Shown here in pieces: positions 1 through 14,949 of a DNA stretch of 64,000 nucleotides. Below the pieces are notes generated by a model. It was not told the origin of the DNA, searched no databases, and saw only the letters and a program-made list of their open reading frames with translations. Each line of letters starts with the position of its first letter. The stretch's first letter is position 1. The DNA lies in NCBI RefSeq assembly GCF_018350175.1, contig NC_058374.1, positions 58,962,001-59,026,000 of the forward strand, read 5' to 3'. The translations under genes and the position numbers were made by a program. Source of the stretch: Felis catus. Lineage: Eukaryota.

Positions 1-628
1 GCCCATACATATGAATTAGAGGAAGCCTATGTGTAGGGCTTGCTGGCCAAGGCACTAGCTGGATTTTGGAACTATTCACCCCGACTTTCCCCTTTGATCA
101 GATCCCAAAGATTGTAGCTCTGCTCTTAAATATCCAAATATATACTGGAAACGTTAAAGAACAATAAGCATAGAATCTCTTTCAGAATGGATGAGTCTGT
201 TGAAATCTCCAGCCATTTTGTATTATCAAGATGATAATATATCAGATGATATATAAAAGTGTCTGCATCTTGGTTTATAAACTGCCCTTTCCACGATTTG
301 TCTTTATTGACTGGTTAATTTCTTTGTGAAAGGGCATCACAACTGATTAAAGTGCTATAGATTTTATAGTTCATAGAGGCACAGAGTGTACTGTTCCCAG
401 TGTCATCACAAAGGTGCCCCTGTGATTAAAGCACTCAGGTGGTGTCCTTTTTTTTTTCCCATAACAAAAACTGAAAAGGCAGCCTTGTGTTCTGACTCTT
501 CTTTTGCTTCAAAGAAAAATGATTGCTTATAAAGTCCCCAAAAGAATGGCCAACAATGACTTTTGAAAGCCCTGAATGAGCCATTGTTAATAGAAATATG
601 ACTACTTTTATGTGTAAAACAATTACAT

Positions 629-639
629 TATCTATCTAC

Positions 640-669
<30 letters not shown>
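629..669 (+). repeat. (TATC)n microsatellite
   Basis: Direct reading. Confidence 0.95.
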
Positions 670-670
<1 letters not shown>

Positions 671-2199
671 AAACATATAAGGATTCAATGCACATTTCTA
701 TTGGCCTCTGTTAAGAAGGCCTTTGGGGAGACTGGGAGGCTAATTACTAGGAACTGGTGAACACTGACCTCTAACTTGGGCCCCTGGTCCCAGCCTTCCA
801 TTGTCTCCCTCTGGGCTCCAACTGCTGTTCTTCTGATGAATATTCTATTGTTGGGCTTTTCAGAGAGGAGCTGTTAAAGGAAAGGGAAGATTATTTGCAA
901 GTGGGTAGGAAAATGTTCCAACAAAGAATGAAATGAAGTAATTAGCGTCCTTTTATATATAAGCACCAACCCAACACTGTTGCCAAATCTTCAGGCTGTA
1001 GTGACTGAAGAAAATAATGACATTGCTGATGCAAAGCAGAGTCACCTGTAGCCACTGACCAATCATGGGTAAAGCCACCCTCCTCTTTACCCCAGGGGAG
1101 GATGGCAGGTGGCGATGCCTGTAAATTTATGCTAAGATATTTCTCATCTTATTAAAATCTTTTAAAATGAGGGGCACTTCTTGAATGGGAAAACTATGTA
1201 AAACAATAAGCCCTAAGGGAACTAAAAATTTTTAATATGACATACCCCTTTAAAAGTAAGAACCTGAGAGATCTGTGGGTTTGTGTTAGCTGATTGTTCA
1301 TTCTTGCTGTATATAAAAGGTCTTGCTATGGCCTAGAATAAAGCTCAAGAGAAGCCTTATCACCACCCTATTCTGGTGAGCTTAAGATCTGACAGGAATC
1401 TCAAGTCTATGAGAAAAAGCTTCTTAAACTTTATCTGTGCTATATTGGAAAGTGAGGGAAGATCATGCATTGTCTTTCTCATAGACAATTTGACATTGTG
1501 GACTATTGAAAAATATGAACAGGAAAATGGACAGTGGAAAATGTGTAAAGCAGAAGGATAAAAAAGGAATATCTAGACCTGACCCTAGTTAGCTACAAGT
1601 TAGCTGAAGCTATGTCCAAAGATGGATGATGACATGGCTGCTATATGGAATGAGGTTTCCTCATTTTCAGCTTGAGGAGAGACTTGAAGAAAGGAAGCTG
1701 GTGGGTTTGCTGAAGGCCTGGAAGTGCTTCTGTGAAAATGGATGCCACCAGTGATGGAAAATAATAGTTAACTTCCAGGGGCACCGTAAGAACCAACCAA
1801 AGGTTTTATTTAAAGAATGGAAGTAGTTAGATGTGGAGGACGAGAGTTAGGAAGAATGTGAAGGCAAAAGAAGAAGAAGAAAAGATAAAAGCTTTACACT
1901 TTGAGATCTTAAACTCCCTTGCTTCTTACCTTTAGACTTCTCTGTCTCAGGTCAAACACTCTAAACAACACTGCCTCTAGGAAGCCTTCTGTTCCCAGAC
2001 TGAGTGAGATGTCCTCGTCTGGGTCTTTGGATGCCCAGTGTCCACCTGTTACCACAAAGGTCTGCAATGGCCTAAATTTCCTTGTCTATCTGGTAGACAC
2101 TGAGCCTCATGAGTTCAGTACAATATATCCACTTTGCTCTCTACTGTAGTCTTAGCACCTAGAGCAATGCCTGATATATAGTAAATTTTCAAAGGTATG

Positions 2200-3800
2200 T
2201 GGAATGTATAAATTGCAGGGGGAGGGTACAGAAGCATAGCAGAGAGAAGAGTCTGATCAGAGTGGAGCAGATTCCTGGGATGACCAAGGTCCACAGGTAG
2301 AGAATTGGTACAGTTTGGGAATTCAAAGAAGCACCACAGAGTGTGAGAAAGTGTCAAAGATGGGACTTGAGGGACAAATGGGGTTGATCACAAACAGCCT
2401 TCAAGCCATGTGAAAGAGATTAAAATTAATGCTGAGGGTAGCATGGAGACATTGACAAGAAAGTTGGGAAGTAATGTTATTAAATTTGTGCGTTTGGAAA
2501 GAGGAGTGTGTTGCAGCCTGGAGACAGGGGTCCTCTTTAGAAGTAAGTTGCAGATATCTATGGGAGATATCATCATGTGTTGAACGATATAGTGCAGAAG
2601 GGATGGAGAAAGTGGACTGATATAAGAAATATTTCAAGGGTAGAGTTGACAGAGTTTTGATATTGATCAGAGAATAAGGAATAAAAAAGGAGATGTTAAG
2701 ATTGATAGCTATATTTTAAGACTGACAGCTTGAGCAAATAGATACTGAATGGTGCCACTCACTAAGATCAGCAAGCAGGAGGAGTATTTTTGCACTTTTG
2801 TAAAATCAGCTTCAGGCAGGTTAAAGTCAATGCGCCTGTGCAATATTGAAGAGGGCACACCTGGAGGCAGTTAAATATGCACATCTTGAGAGCTCAGGTT
2901 AATAACGGAGCTGGAGACACAGATTTGGTGATCATGGGCAGAGGTAGTAATTAAAGCCAGGGAAACCAATGAGATTGCTTAGAGGAGTGTTTAGAGGGAA
3001 GAGACAAGAAGACAGGACTCTCCAGAACAGACACATTTGTTTAAAAGGGCAGAAGAAAGTAACCTGAGAAAGAATAGTACAACAAAGCAGACTGAGAGAT
3101 AGAGACATGTCACAGAAGCAGAGGGGAGAATTAATTTCAAGTAGAAAGAGTGGTCTAAATATCAAAGTCTAGAAGAAGTTAGGTTGACAACTGAGACAGT
3201 GTCCATTAAATTTAGCACCAAGGCAGTAATTCATTACCTTGATAAGAATGGCTTCCATTCTTATCACAGATAAGAATGTCCTATGGCTTAGGACAGAAGC
3301 CATAGTACACTGGGTTGAGAAGTGAACAGAAGATAATAGTGTGACTACAGTGAGTATGGACAAATATTTCAAGAAGTTTGACTGAAAAGGGGAAAGTACT
3401 GACAGTTTTCATAGCCCTTAAAAATTCAGTCCTTATGGGAAGAAATAATTGGCAACTAGTTGTGGCCTAAAACAGACCCCAAGAGCTGTGGATAATTCCA
3501 AAACCTTGGAGGCAGTGGTCTCACTGACAGAAGGCAGAGGGAAGTGAGTTTGCTGGGAAAGTTCCTTTTTAAACTCTGGTATGATGAGATGGTGTTTTCC
3601 CAAGTGAAATTACACAAAAGGAGTTAGAAAGAGGAGTGGAATTGACAAAGTGCTCTGGCTGAGATGAACATTTCAGGACTTCCATGCAGTAGTGGCAGCT
3701 AAGGCTGTTGACAGGTATAAAACTCCCAGGGGAAAAATGTGAATGAGAGGAACAGACAAGGACAATATGACACAACAGTCCACTGATATTTGTCACCTAG
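2200..3800 (-). mobile_element. L2 LINE remnants
   Basis: Purine-rich strand with L2 motifs (ggtgccactcactaagat, gagctggagacacagatttggtgatcat, gtccattaaatttagcaccaagg). Confidence 0.75.
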
Positions 3801-5029
3801 GAACCAGGTGCTTTTCCTGATTGGACAACTGGTAAGGGCAGTCAAGTTATCATATTTATGCAGACTTGTAAATCTTTCCTAAATTATTATGAGTATAGAC
3901 AAATTTAAACTTTTGATTATTAAAGACAAGTTAACACCTCCATCCCCAGGCTACGTACTATACAATACTCTTAACTTTACAACCTAAAATTCATTCAGTA
4001 AAATTTATTCAGATACCTTTAGCATTTTCTATATTACATAATTGTTATGAACAATGTATTTCCCACCATAAACTACTATTTTCAATAACAAGTAAAATTA
4101 TGACAGATATAAATATATAGTTCAGGCTCTTTCTGAATGAATGCTGAATGGTGTCATGTATTTGGGCAACAGCCAGAATGTGGATGACTGACACTTAGAA
4201 GATACAGAGCACTGTGCTAGGAAGTGGAAGCTAAAAAGGTGGGTGACAGATCATTTCAGGTCTTCAATATTTCACTAAGTACTTTTAGCTTCATTCTGCA
4301 GACTATCGAGAAATCACTGAGTTATTGTGGGCAGGCGGAGGGAGGCTTTGATCTGTGTTTTAAGAAGGTAATTCTGGTAATTAGTAGGCTCCCAAAACAT
4401 ATTTGCAGACTGAATGGGGAAATGATGACTGAAGCCTGCGGGGTCAGAGGAGAGATACCATTACTGTTTGGAAGATAATGGGAGATAACGTGGAAGGTCT
4501 CTCATTCAGTGAAATCAGGGACTGAATTTGGTCAGTCATTTGCAAAACTTAACAAATCAGAGGATAATAAATAAAAGATATTTACCTCAGATATATTGTA
4601 GATTAAGACGGATATGAATACATTCATCCAGCAATTATATAACAGAGCCAAGGCCCCTTGAGTACAGGTCTGTCATATGGAGTTTTGTATCATTTTTCCT
4701 GCATGAACCACACCCATGTTTCTGTTTCTTTAAATTGCAGCAAAAGGCAGTTGGAGTGCAGAATCTTAAAGAAATTTTTATGAAAGTTTTCCCTAATCAT
4801 TTTTGGCTCCCCTTCTCCATCCTTATTTGGATTATAATATTTTTCAGTCACTGGCTCTCATCTATTTTTTTCCAAAGCTTTCAACTCAATTTTCATAGGA
4901 CAGCTCTCTTTCACACTCATATCTCATTACTTTACATAGTATTTAATTAAATATTGTAACATAATAAAAGGTACAACTGCATTGACCAGCTTGAGAACAA
5001 AATACAACTGTTTCTTGGTAAATGTGCAA

Positions 5030-6900
5030 CTAAATTGATGGGCCAGGAAAGTTCAACATTCCAGGCAATTTCTTACTAGTCTCCAGTGATAAGTGTGTGT
5101 AAGAGGATTGAAGAGTGTTATTAATGACATGATTTGACTAATTGGAGATTGGCTAGCAGAGCTTCTACTATGATGATCTGGGCTGGGGCTACAGCAATGG
5201 AAAAAGAGAGGAGAATAAATTGAAAAGGCATCAAGACTGTAGCTATGGAAATAAATAGGTTTGAGTTCAAATTCTGACTTCACCATTGAGTTATAAGCAT
5301 CCAAGTTTCTGTTTTCTTACATGTAAAATAAAATTGAGCAAAATATAATGAAAGATTGGGAAAATCTACCTAATGCACTTAGCGATGTGCCTGACAAAGT
5401 AAATAATTAATATGATATTAAGTCAATAGAATTTGATGTTGAATTAAGGAAAGTAAAGAGTCAAAGATGACTCCCTATTGTGTACCTTGGCTGAATAAAA
5501 GATAATAATACCACTAACCGAAATAGGAAACACAAAAGGAGAAATAGGTTTGGCAGATAATATAATAATGTTAGTTTGGGATGTATTGAGTTTCCTGGTA
5601 TGATACATATATTGAGATGACTAGAAGGCAGTTGGAAATGTTATTCTGGCTTTCAGTGAGTGGTCTTGGTTAGTGATATCAACTTGAAGTCATACATATA
5701 GAATGATAAATGAAGCCATAAAATGGATAGGTTTGGTCACAAAGAGAGTAAGGACATGGCAGGTTGGTTGGGGGAAATATACAATCAGACATGAGGCAAA
5801 ATCCAAGATACAAGAGAAACCAGCTGGGATAGTGAAGCAATAGAGGCATATCCAGGAAACACAGGTATGGTTTCGATGATTAGATGAGTTCTATCTATAT
5901 CTTGCATATTGTCTTGACTCAGCCTCTCAAGCCTGAGGCAACTTTTTCACTCCAGAGGTGTCTTAAAGCTCACCCATAGCACTGAAGGTTAGGTGGTTGC
6001 TATGGAGATTTCATAGTAGTTTTTGAAAGGGAGGCAAGACCTAGAGAGTTTTTTTTGTTTTTTTGTTGTTTTGTTTTGTTTTTTAATAGTTAGGGTTAGG
6101 GTCCAAGAGAAGACTTGAGCATGTTTCCAGGTTAAAGAAAGGGANNNNNNNNNNNNNNNNNNNNNNNNNNNNNNNNNNNNNNNNNNNNNNNNNNNNNNNN
6201 NNNNNNNNNNNNNNNNNNNNNNNNNNNNNNNNNNNNNNNNNNNNNNNNNNNNNNNNNNNNNNNNNNNNNNNNNNNNNNNNNNNNNNNNNNNNNNNNNNNN
6301 NNNNNNNNNNNNNNNNNNNNNNNNNNNNNNNNNNNNNNNTTTACTGTGTAATATGAGATTGTAGATTATTTTTATATTCATCTTAGTTCCTTTCTGTATG
6401 TTCCAAATTGTCTGCATTGAGTATATTAATAATGGACTTGGAAAAAAATTATTTTCTTTAACATGAAATTGGGGTAGTCCAAGAAACAATGTTCCAGAAA
6501 AAGTGGAATGGCATTGTATCAGGAACACAGGTGGAGAAGAGAGCTTGGAGAGGGAACAGGGATGCTTTTCCCATTGAGAGAAGAAAAGAGAACGGCTTAA
6601 GATCCAGGGACATTTTTGAAGTGGAAGTGAGAGAGTTTGAGCAAAATCACATCATTTGGTCTCTATATTTTTTAAGTAAATTAACAGCAAAGTAGTTTGC
6701 TGAAACTGAGGAGGAAAGATAGGACTAGAACTATGGAAAGAGTGAAAATGTTTTTAAAACTCAATATGAGGAGTAGAAAAGGATTTACTTTGAAATTGGT
6801 AAAAATATCTGCAAAGAGCCTGGAGACACAGCTGACGTTGGATAATATGTACACGTAGTGTAGCCGGTTACTGAATTATCTCCCATGGCAACAGTTACCT
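5030..6900 (-). mobile_element. L2 remnants interrupted by a MIR (~5235-5420) and a gap
   Basis: agagtcaaagatgactcc, tttgggatgtattgagtttc, aggcagttggaaat L2 motifs; MIR core gtttgagttcaaattctgacttcacc...tgtaaaat. Confidence 0.7.
6145..6339. other. Assembly gap (195 N)
   Basis: N run. Confidence 1.
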
Positions 6901-7273
6901 GTCCATATAGTGGCAGCGGTTAGATTTGCCAGGCAGGTGTCCGAGAGTCAGTGGGCGAGGAAATCTAAGGTAGCCTTCACTCCCACTCCCGTGAGACCTT
7001 CCCTCTTATGTTCTTGGTCTTGGGCAATGACACCACCAGGACTGCTATTGCTAATTACAACAACCTTGAAATCATCCGAGATCCCTCTTTCTCTTTCACG
7101 AACCCAATCTAAACAATCCCCAAGTTCTTCCCACTTCTTCTCCAAACCCTACTCCTACCTTTACTGTCACCATGCTTGTTGAGACCACTATCATTCTCTG
7201 GCCCTGGCTATTGCCTTGGCCTCTTAACTGTTCCTGCCCCACTCAAATTCCATTCTTTACACTCTGTCTTTTA

Positions 7274-7306
<33 letters not shown>

Positions 7307-8290
7307 AAACCAAACCAAACAAAAAAAACACATCAAGTGTTGTTTTACTCTTTTTAGGTCCTTAAAAGGTTCCTGACTGCTGTTACAATAAGGACAAAAA
7401 TTCTCAACACAGCCCACCAGGGTCCTTATGATCTACCTGGTCCCTGCAACATCTCCAGACTCAACTGGCATAGTCCCTCCCCTTGTTTTCCATTCTCTGG
7501 CCATACGGGCCTTCTCTCTGCTCCTCAAAAACATGGAGATAAAAAGTGACTGACAGAGGCAGAGATGGAGAGTGTCATATCATCAGATGCTATGCACTTT
7601 AGATAAAAACAAAATAATAAAAGAAAATATAAAATAGGCTGAACTTTGACCCAAATAGGTTGAATAATTTAAACTAAAAAGAAAGAAGGTGACATTTACA
7701 TCTTGTTTAGCTTTCCCAATGTTTAGGGGCTTATGAGGAAGCTGATCTGTTTTAGGGAATAAAAACTCAGGCCTTTCACAAAGTACCAGACCACTAGGAC
7801 AATGGTCTCTGGGCACTTTCCCTGGATGCCCCATAGCATCTTACTCTCAGCAGCTCCCTCCTCCCCCTCTACTCCCATCCGTCTCTGTAAGGCACACCCA
7901 TGCCAGAGCCAAGTTGTCCTGGTTCCTTCCACACCTGGTCCTAATGATGTAACACCCCAGGCCTTCTTAGCCAGACCCCCAGCTTATTCTGCCCCGAGTC
8001 TAGTTCCCCTCTCGTCTCTCCTCCCATACACACTCTGCTCAGATACTAAGCTCATCTTGTATTTTTAATGTTTGTTTATTTATTTATTTAGAGGGAGAGT
8101 GAGTGGGGGAGGGGCAGAGAGAGAGGGAAAGAGAGAATCCCAAGCAGACTCCGTGCTGTCAGCATAGAGCCTGACAAAATGTGAGATCATGACCTGATCA
8201 GACCAGAAATGAAGAGTCAGACGTTTAACCACTGACCCACCCAGGTGCCCCAAGGCTGGTCTTTCTAAATCATCAATCCCATCACATTTA
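6900..8290 (+). mobile_element. L2 remnants (sense), with a SINE inserted
   Basis: caaccttgaaatcatcc...cccaatctaaacaatccccaagttctt; ggcctcttaactgttcctgcc...cattctttacact. Confidence 0.65.
8063..8251 (-). mobile_element. Can-SINE (SINEC_Fc-type, tRNA-Lys derived)
   Basis: ttttaatgtttgtttattt tail, (GA)-rich block, ends ccacccaggtgcccc. Confidence 0.92.
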
Positions 8291-9392
8291 CACTCAGGTT
8301 GAAAAAGAAAAAACAAAAAAAAAAGGGAACCAGTAGAATGTAGGAAAAATGTTGAGGTTGTTTTCTAAGCTTGACACAAAGAGCAGAGAGGAAAAAAGGA
8401 TGACCTCTGTTTGAAAGGATTGTGATTCAAGTGGAATTATCAGAAGAAAGCAAAATTTCAGTCAGTTGTATGTTTAGTTTTTCAATACAGATTTAATTAG
8501 AAAATATGATAAGTCAAATATTGCTCTATATAGCTGTGAAATGGCTGGGCATTGGAGATGATGTATGTTAGTACAAAAGGGCAGACCCTTTTTCATAAAT
8601 GAGGCACAAATTTCTGTAAAGCTTAAATTAATTTCCATATAAAAATTCCACAAAAATTTTCAGGTCTTTTGTTTCATGATAGTGAGATAACACTTACGAT
8701 GGTTACTGAAAAAAAATCCTTTGGAAATTGGTTGAAACTCAGCAATGACTCCAAGTGAGATCACCGGATAATATGTACAATTGATGTTCTCACATTTCCT
8801 GACTCGACAGGTGACTCAGCCTTTGTTCAGCAGGGCCATAGGGACAAGCTATTGCCTGTGGCCTCAAGATCACATTACACAAATTAGGTGTTCATAGTAC
8901 TCTTTTCTAGTGGGCTGGGGGGTGGGGCACAAAAACCCACATCTCAAACAGCTTGTTGGTTTAGCAAAGAGCCTTTTTTCCAAGGATCATGGGAAGGGAG
9001 CCTTTTTCAACCTCTTTATGTAAATACCAAAGCCCTTTTCAAAATGTTATGAGAGCATCCACTTGAAGTGCTTTATTTGACAAGTGAACAATGGTTTTCA
9101 ACCAGCTCCTCAAATTATAGCCCCAACCTGGTAAACAAAGACATCCAGGAATTGTCTAGAGCCTCAAGCTTTACATGTCATTTGTCTACATAGATGATTG
9201 ATAACCCCACCCAAGCCTAAACTGGATTCAGACATTCTGGAGGTGTACAAAGTGATATCCTGAAGCATCTTTTGAAGAACTCAATAATCTTGATCAAGAG
9301 ACACCCGATCAGCAATCAGCAGTTAGAAGATAGAAATAATTCTGAGTGCAGTTTGGTAGCTGTCTTCTACTCAGCCTTACAAATAATAACTG

Positions 9393-9395
<3 letters not shown>

Positions 9396-9453
<58 letters not shown>
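9396..9453 (+). repeat. (GA)n microsatellite
   Basis: Direct reading. Confidence 0.97.
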
Positions 9454-9456
<3 letters not shown>

Positions 9457-12400
9457 AAAGAGAGAAAGTGAGTTGGGGCTTGTTTTGGCTCCTAAGATAG
9501 CATGACCCAGAAGGTTCATGTCTCACCTCATTCCAGACCTCCATTCAGCATGCTACAAGAAAACTTTAATGGCATCAACCAATGTGGAATCAAGAGTCAG
9601 GAACCACACTTGGCAGGAGGGGATTTGTCAAGACCTTTGCTGCAGACTGGGAGCAATACTTGTTGTGGAGAGTCATTTTCCAGGGAGAGTAAAGTCTAAG
9701 ATCATTTACAAATTCCAGGCGTGGCCAACTGATCATGGTGATGGCATTTCCTGAACTAGAGAATAGAAGAGAAACAGGTGATGAGCAGGTCAGTTTTAGA
9801 CATGTCGAGTTTGAGATGCTTATGAAACTTCACAGAGAAGGTGTCAATAAGGCAGTCAAGAGCTTTAGAGAGTGTCTGGGGTAGAGCTATAAATTTAGTG
9901 TCAGAAGTTTAGAGATGTCAGTTGAAGTAATGACAGGTGGTCCAGAAAAAGTATGTGAAGAAAGCAAAAAAGACAGTAAAACCCTAAGATTATCTACATT
10001 AAAAAGAGTATCAAAAAGTGGCCTTCATGGGAAACATTTGAATAATAAGGTAAATTTAGGGGATGCAAGAAGGAGATCTGGAGGAATTTGCTACCCAAAG
10101 AAATCACACTCAGAACTTAATCTGCAGAGTTGTTTTTGGAAAATTATATTACTTCTTTGTTTCCAGATCTTCCCTTTCAGAGGAACTAACTGCAGAATAT
10201 TACATCTGAAACTGAACTTCCAAATAAAGGAAATATTTGTAAGGATTTTGTTTCAAGGATATTAATCAGCAAGTAGTTAAGCCAGGGAATAATAAACAGT
10301 CATTAGCTGAAACATAGCAATGTAAATCCTAGAAACTTTTATGTCTTTTTAAAAATTGATTGTCCAGTAAGACACTAATAGCATAAAGAGTCACATTAAT
10401 TGGTGCTTATAAAGTGATTAATCTCCTTATTTCCCCTCCAGTCATTTGAAACATTCTATAAGATGTCCTTGTAGAAAAAAAAAAAAAAGTATTTTAAAAG
10501 GAACTTTACAAGAGCTTTAATTTTGCAAGGTTTTAGAGTGTGGTGGCATGGTTCTTGGTATCATAATTCAACAACAGTCTACTTTAGATCAGATGTTTTT
10601 ATTTAGGTACAGAAGATATGCAGGACCATGAACTCTAACACTGAAATTTCAGAAAGCAATTCTTCCATTTTAACTGGAAAATAAATAGTCTGCTATCTTC
10701 CTTGTAAAGGAGGCCCTACACGATTTAAAAAAAAAGAAAAAGAGGATGACAGCTTTGCCAAATCCCTCCATTTCCTCCTTCTTTAGGAATAAACTAACTA
10801 CTTAACATCAGATGACATGGAGCTCTGTGCCCAAGTCCCACATTCTCCATGTCCTGTCTCCTGAAGAATCCCACCCATAGCAAGTATTCTTTCTTCAGAA
10901 GACATAAAGAGGATGAAGATGCATGCAAACACAGTATTTATAGGTCTTCCCTATACATTCCTCACAATACTGAGTAGGTTAGGAGACTCGGTTGGTTCAC
11001 AGTTGGTTTCTACTTATCAATTCCCAGAATTTCTAAGCCCTCAGGAACTGAATGAGCAGTTGCTGCAATCAGCAATTAGTAGGCCCCATTTCCTCTTTCT
11101 GTATCTTCTCCTGGTTAGTTCTGACGATCTTCCATCTATGTGTTCAGTCTTGCCCTTCTTGGACAGGAAATATTTACAAGCCTGGGGCCCTTGATCTCTT
11201 CACAGTCAGGAAGAGTTTAATATGAAATGTCCTAGAGGGAGTCCATTGGCTTGTGCTATGCTACTAAACACCTTGCTGCCTGCATACATTAGGGTGTGAG
11301 CCCCTTTGTACTGGTCTACATATTGCCTCTCACTCCTCTGTAATGTCCCCATGGGCCTCCTGCACTTGCCTTGCCTTTGAGAACTGTCTCTCCTTTGTTC
11401 TTGCTGGTTCTACCACTTGAAGCTTTGCCTTGATTCTAATTCAGAGGCCATGTGCCTGCTATTTTTATACAGGCCAACTAGATGCAGCCTGTCAATCTCT
11501 ATGAACTCCCATCATGGACTTTCATGGCTTACCACTTACTGGAGGCTGCTACAACCCTAAAACTTGGTGCTTTCCACCTCCTGGGTGGGTCTGTCCTGTC
11601 AGCCCTGGAATTGGCACAAGGTCTTCTTGGGCAAAGCCTACATTACTAAGGGGGCCAATATCAGATTAATTACACTGATCTGCTCTGATTTGCTAAGAAT
11701 AAAAAAATTGATGTATCCCTGACAGATCCCAAATTATACCATTAACATCTAATATACAAGAATGCTTCACTGTGTATCAAAACAATATCATTAATTATGT
11801 GTGTAATAAACTGTCTTGATAAAGTGAATACATTTTAAAAATGTTTTTGGATCACATGGATGTGGGGCCTGAATATTAGTAACAACCTTTGCAAATAATC
11901 ATTTTTAGTAAATGTAGGGTGGTCAACTTTAGACTTGAAAGTCCTACAAACCAAGATGTTTATTCACCCTAGGAAAATGAGTCAGTCTATCTAACTGCCC
12001 TTGATCTGTAGAATGAGAAAGGACCCAACAATAACTATACATAAAATTATAATGTAATAAATCTCTTTTTAATTGCAGCCTCTTCCTGCCCATTCAGCAC
12101 ACTGTAAGTAGATAGTGCTTTCAGCTAAATGGGGGCCTTTCTACTTAGAACACTCTTTCTTTTGAATGACCTTTTCTATTCCCTACATGACACGTTCTGT
12201 TCCAAAGACCATCATTAACTCTGTCTTCTGGATTTCAGCAGACCATCTTGATTCAGACAGTGACCCTGGCTCTATGGGGAAATTCTTTATCCAAGTCTAG
12301 CAGTTGTCCCTGTTTTCTCACTGTTTGGACTGATGCATTGCAAAGCCCCATTTTCTCTATCCTACAGCAAATGTTGTTAAGTGTTTAAATCAGTAAGGAA

Positions 12401-13663
12401 GTAGAAACTCAAATGCTAGTGTAAGCCAAATAAACAGTTTTTTTTTTTTGTACTCAACAGGATGTCTGAAAGTCTTAATTTGCTACATAGTATACACTGC
12501 CAATTTCCAAAGGAATCAAGGGTGTTCACTCTTTCCCAAACATACTTGATAATGGATGTCTTCCTAGGAATAGCATTATTAATACCTTGTGGAAATCATG
12601 TCTGGCTGTATACAGTTTGGGAAGTGCTAGTATAAAAGGAAAAACACAGATTTGGTGCCAGAGAGCTCTGGGTTCAAATCTTAGCTTCAAACCTTTTTAG
12701 TTGGGTGACTTATTTACTTAACTTATCTGTAAATCTTTTATTTAATTACATTTCCATATCGTTATTTTAAAAAATTCATGTAAGGAGGGAGGTAGATTTA
12801 AAAGCAATTTTTGTTTCTCTTTTGTACTCCAGGTATCTACCTGGTGGGACTGTTGTAAGGATTTATAAGCTTACATATGAAACGCACCTACCATAGTACT
12901 TCAAAAGCTTGTGGTGTGGATGTAACATGAATATCTCACTCCAAAGACTATAGCTTCATGAGAGATTAATGGATCAAAACTAAAAAAACTAAGAGCGGAA
13001 AGCCAACATGCTATGATTTAAGCAGAGAGTGCATGTACAACACCATTGAGTATCATTCAGAATGTCTTTCCTTTGAGACTTAAGATTTTTATCATCTTAA
13101 ATCATTATCAAATGACCCCTTAGCAGGCATTGTTCAAAAGATAATGGCATTTAAAAAATAAATGGGTAGAAAGAGAAGAGAACCAATGTATGCATTGCAC
13201 TCCTTCTTGCAGATCCACAAGGCATATTACCATAGTCAAGTCTCCTTTTGGGGGACATTGGAGCAAAAGGTCATAAAGAAGGGGGAAAGAAGAGGCCAGA
13301 GACATTAAAGATACACTTCAGACCCTTCATACTCAACAAATAAGAGGTGAAAGGGTTAGAGACTCAATTGTTAAATTCTCTAGCTAACTGTTCTTTTGGG
13401 GGAAAAACTCAATTCTATACTCAGTCTTATTTCACAGACTAGATGTGTTCCAGAAAAGCTGACCTTTACACAAGTTTATTAAGCACATATTCCCACAGGA
13501 TCCCATTATGAGAACAGAGATACATTGCCTGGCAGAAGGAATAGGCCTACACATAGTCTATCATTATGTTGTAGTGAAAAGAACCACAAATTTTGTCTGC
13601 TGTACAACACAAGGAATGGGATCTCTCCCCCTTCTGAGGCTTCAGTTTATTATTGAAAATAGG

Positions 13664-13674
13664 GATGATGATAG

Positions 13675-13703
<29 letters not shown>
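13664..13703 (+). repeat. (GAT)n microsatellite inside a MIR (~13570-13780)
   Basis: Expansion of the MIR ggggataataata segment; explains the poly-D and poly-I ORFs. Confidence 0.9.
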
Positions 13704-13705
<2 letters not shown>

Positions 13706-14139
13706 AACAACAATATCCTTCTCCAGGATTATTATCAGGAACAAATTAAACAAGTTACATGAAAAGGTCTACTAAACTGCCACCACTCTGAGGATAGGAA
13801 CTATGTCTATCTTGCTCATCATGGCATTTCTAGGATGGTCCCAGGGTCTGGCCTATGGGTGGCAGCAAGTACGTCCATGTTAAAAGGGTAAATTCATACT
13901 TTATAAACTCAAAATCCCTGCACAAATTCTTGTTTGATTTTTGTTCCTTTCTTTATATATCTTATGAGTGTTTTATAACAGTGTTCTAGGACTTTTAGAT
14001 TTCACCATATCGATTGTTAACTCCATTTAATGTAAGAAGGAACATTTTCAAATTAAAAAAAAAGTAGTAATAATGTTATCTCTTTTTATAAGGCAGTTAT
14101 TCCCCCCAAAAATAACCATTAGTATAGTTAAACTATCTA

Positions 14140-14375
14140 AAAATAATATTACTTGCATTTATCGAGTGCTGTTTTATGTGCTTATATGTAATAACTAATG
14201 GAATCCTCATAATACCCCATAGGACAGATATTTTTATTACAACCACTATACAGATGAAAAAACTAAGGTACAGTAGGGCTAAGTAACTTCTCAAAGATTA
14301 CAGAACCAGAATGCAAACCAGGTCAAGTGGCTCCACAGCCCTCACTTTTAACCATCATGCCTTGTTGCCTCTCTT
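14140..14375 (-). mobile_element. MIR SINE
   Basis: aatcctcataataccccataggac...tacagatgaaaaaactaaggtacag...aagtaacttctcaaag. Confidence 0.85.
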
Positions 14376-14949
14376 AGTTCTTGATATTGTCTTTATTTTT
14401 CACTAGGGAAAACTTCATCATAAATTAACACTGGTCTGATGTGTAGAGAACCAATGATTTATTTTACTTGAGGATTCTTTTTGTTCTAAGTATCCTTTCC
14501 TCTGAAACCCCAGATCCCAGGAATTTCATCTACAATTTGGGGAAAAAGTGATAACCAGTTCTGATCAGAAGATAATAATGTAGAAAAAGAAAATATAAAC
14601 AGATGAAGGCTTCCATTGGTAAAAAGAAGACAATCAGAAAGGCATATTAAGTGGGAGTAAAATCTGTACTGTTAGAGGGGGCAAGGTATCAGGAGCAATG
14701 AGTAGAATTAAAAGGACATAAATCAGTAGACTCATGTACTAGTCATTAAATTGGTGGTGGAAAACCAGTAAATGTCTACCTGCTAGGTGGACAACCTGGC
14801 AAATGTTACTTTATTTAACCCAAAAGAATGAAAAGAGCCAAGAGCATGAGTGGAGTTGCACCAAATGGAGCAGAGGGGATAAATGAAACTGAATTCTGCA
14901 TACATGAGGCCTCTCCTCAAGTTCATGAACTAGTCAGTGCAGAGGTGGG

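Noticed and set aside
5989-6528. Long ORFs containing X runs (also 34601-35080 and 57819-58183)
   Set aside because: Artefacts of translating N gaps.
13200-13310. Acceptor-like ctccttcttgcag followed by a short open frame
   Set aside because: No convincing donor, an early stop and no protein similarity.
13508-13762. ORF with a poly-Asp tract
   Set aside because: Produced by the (GAT)n expansion in a MIR.
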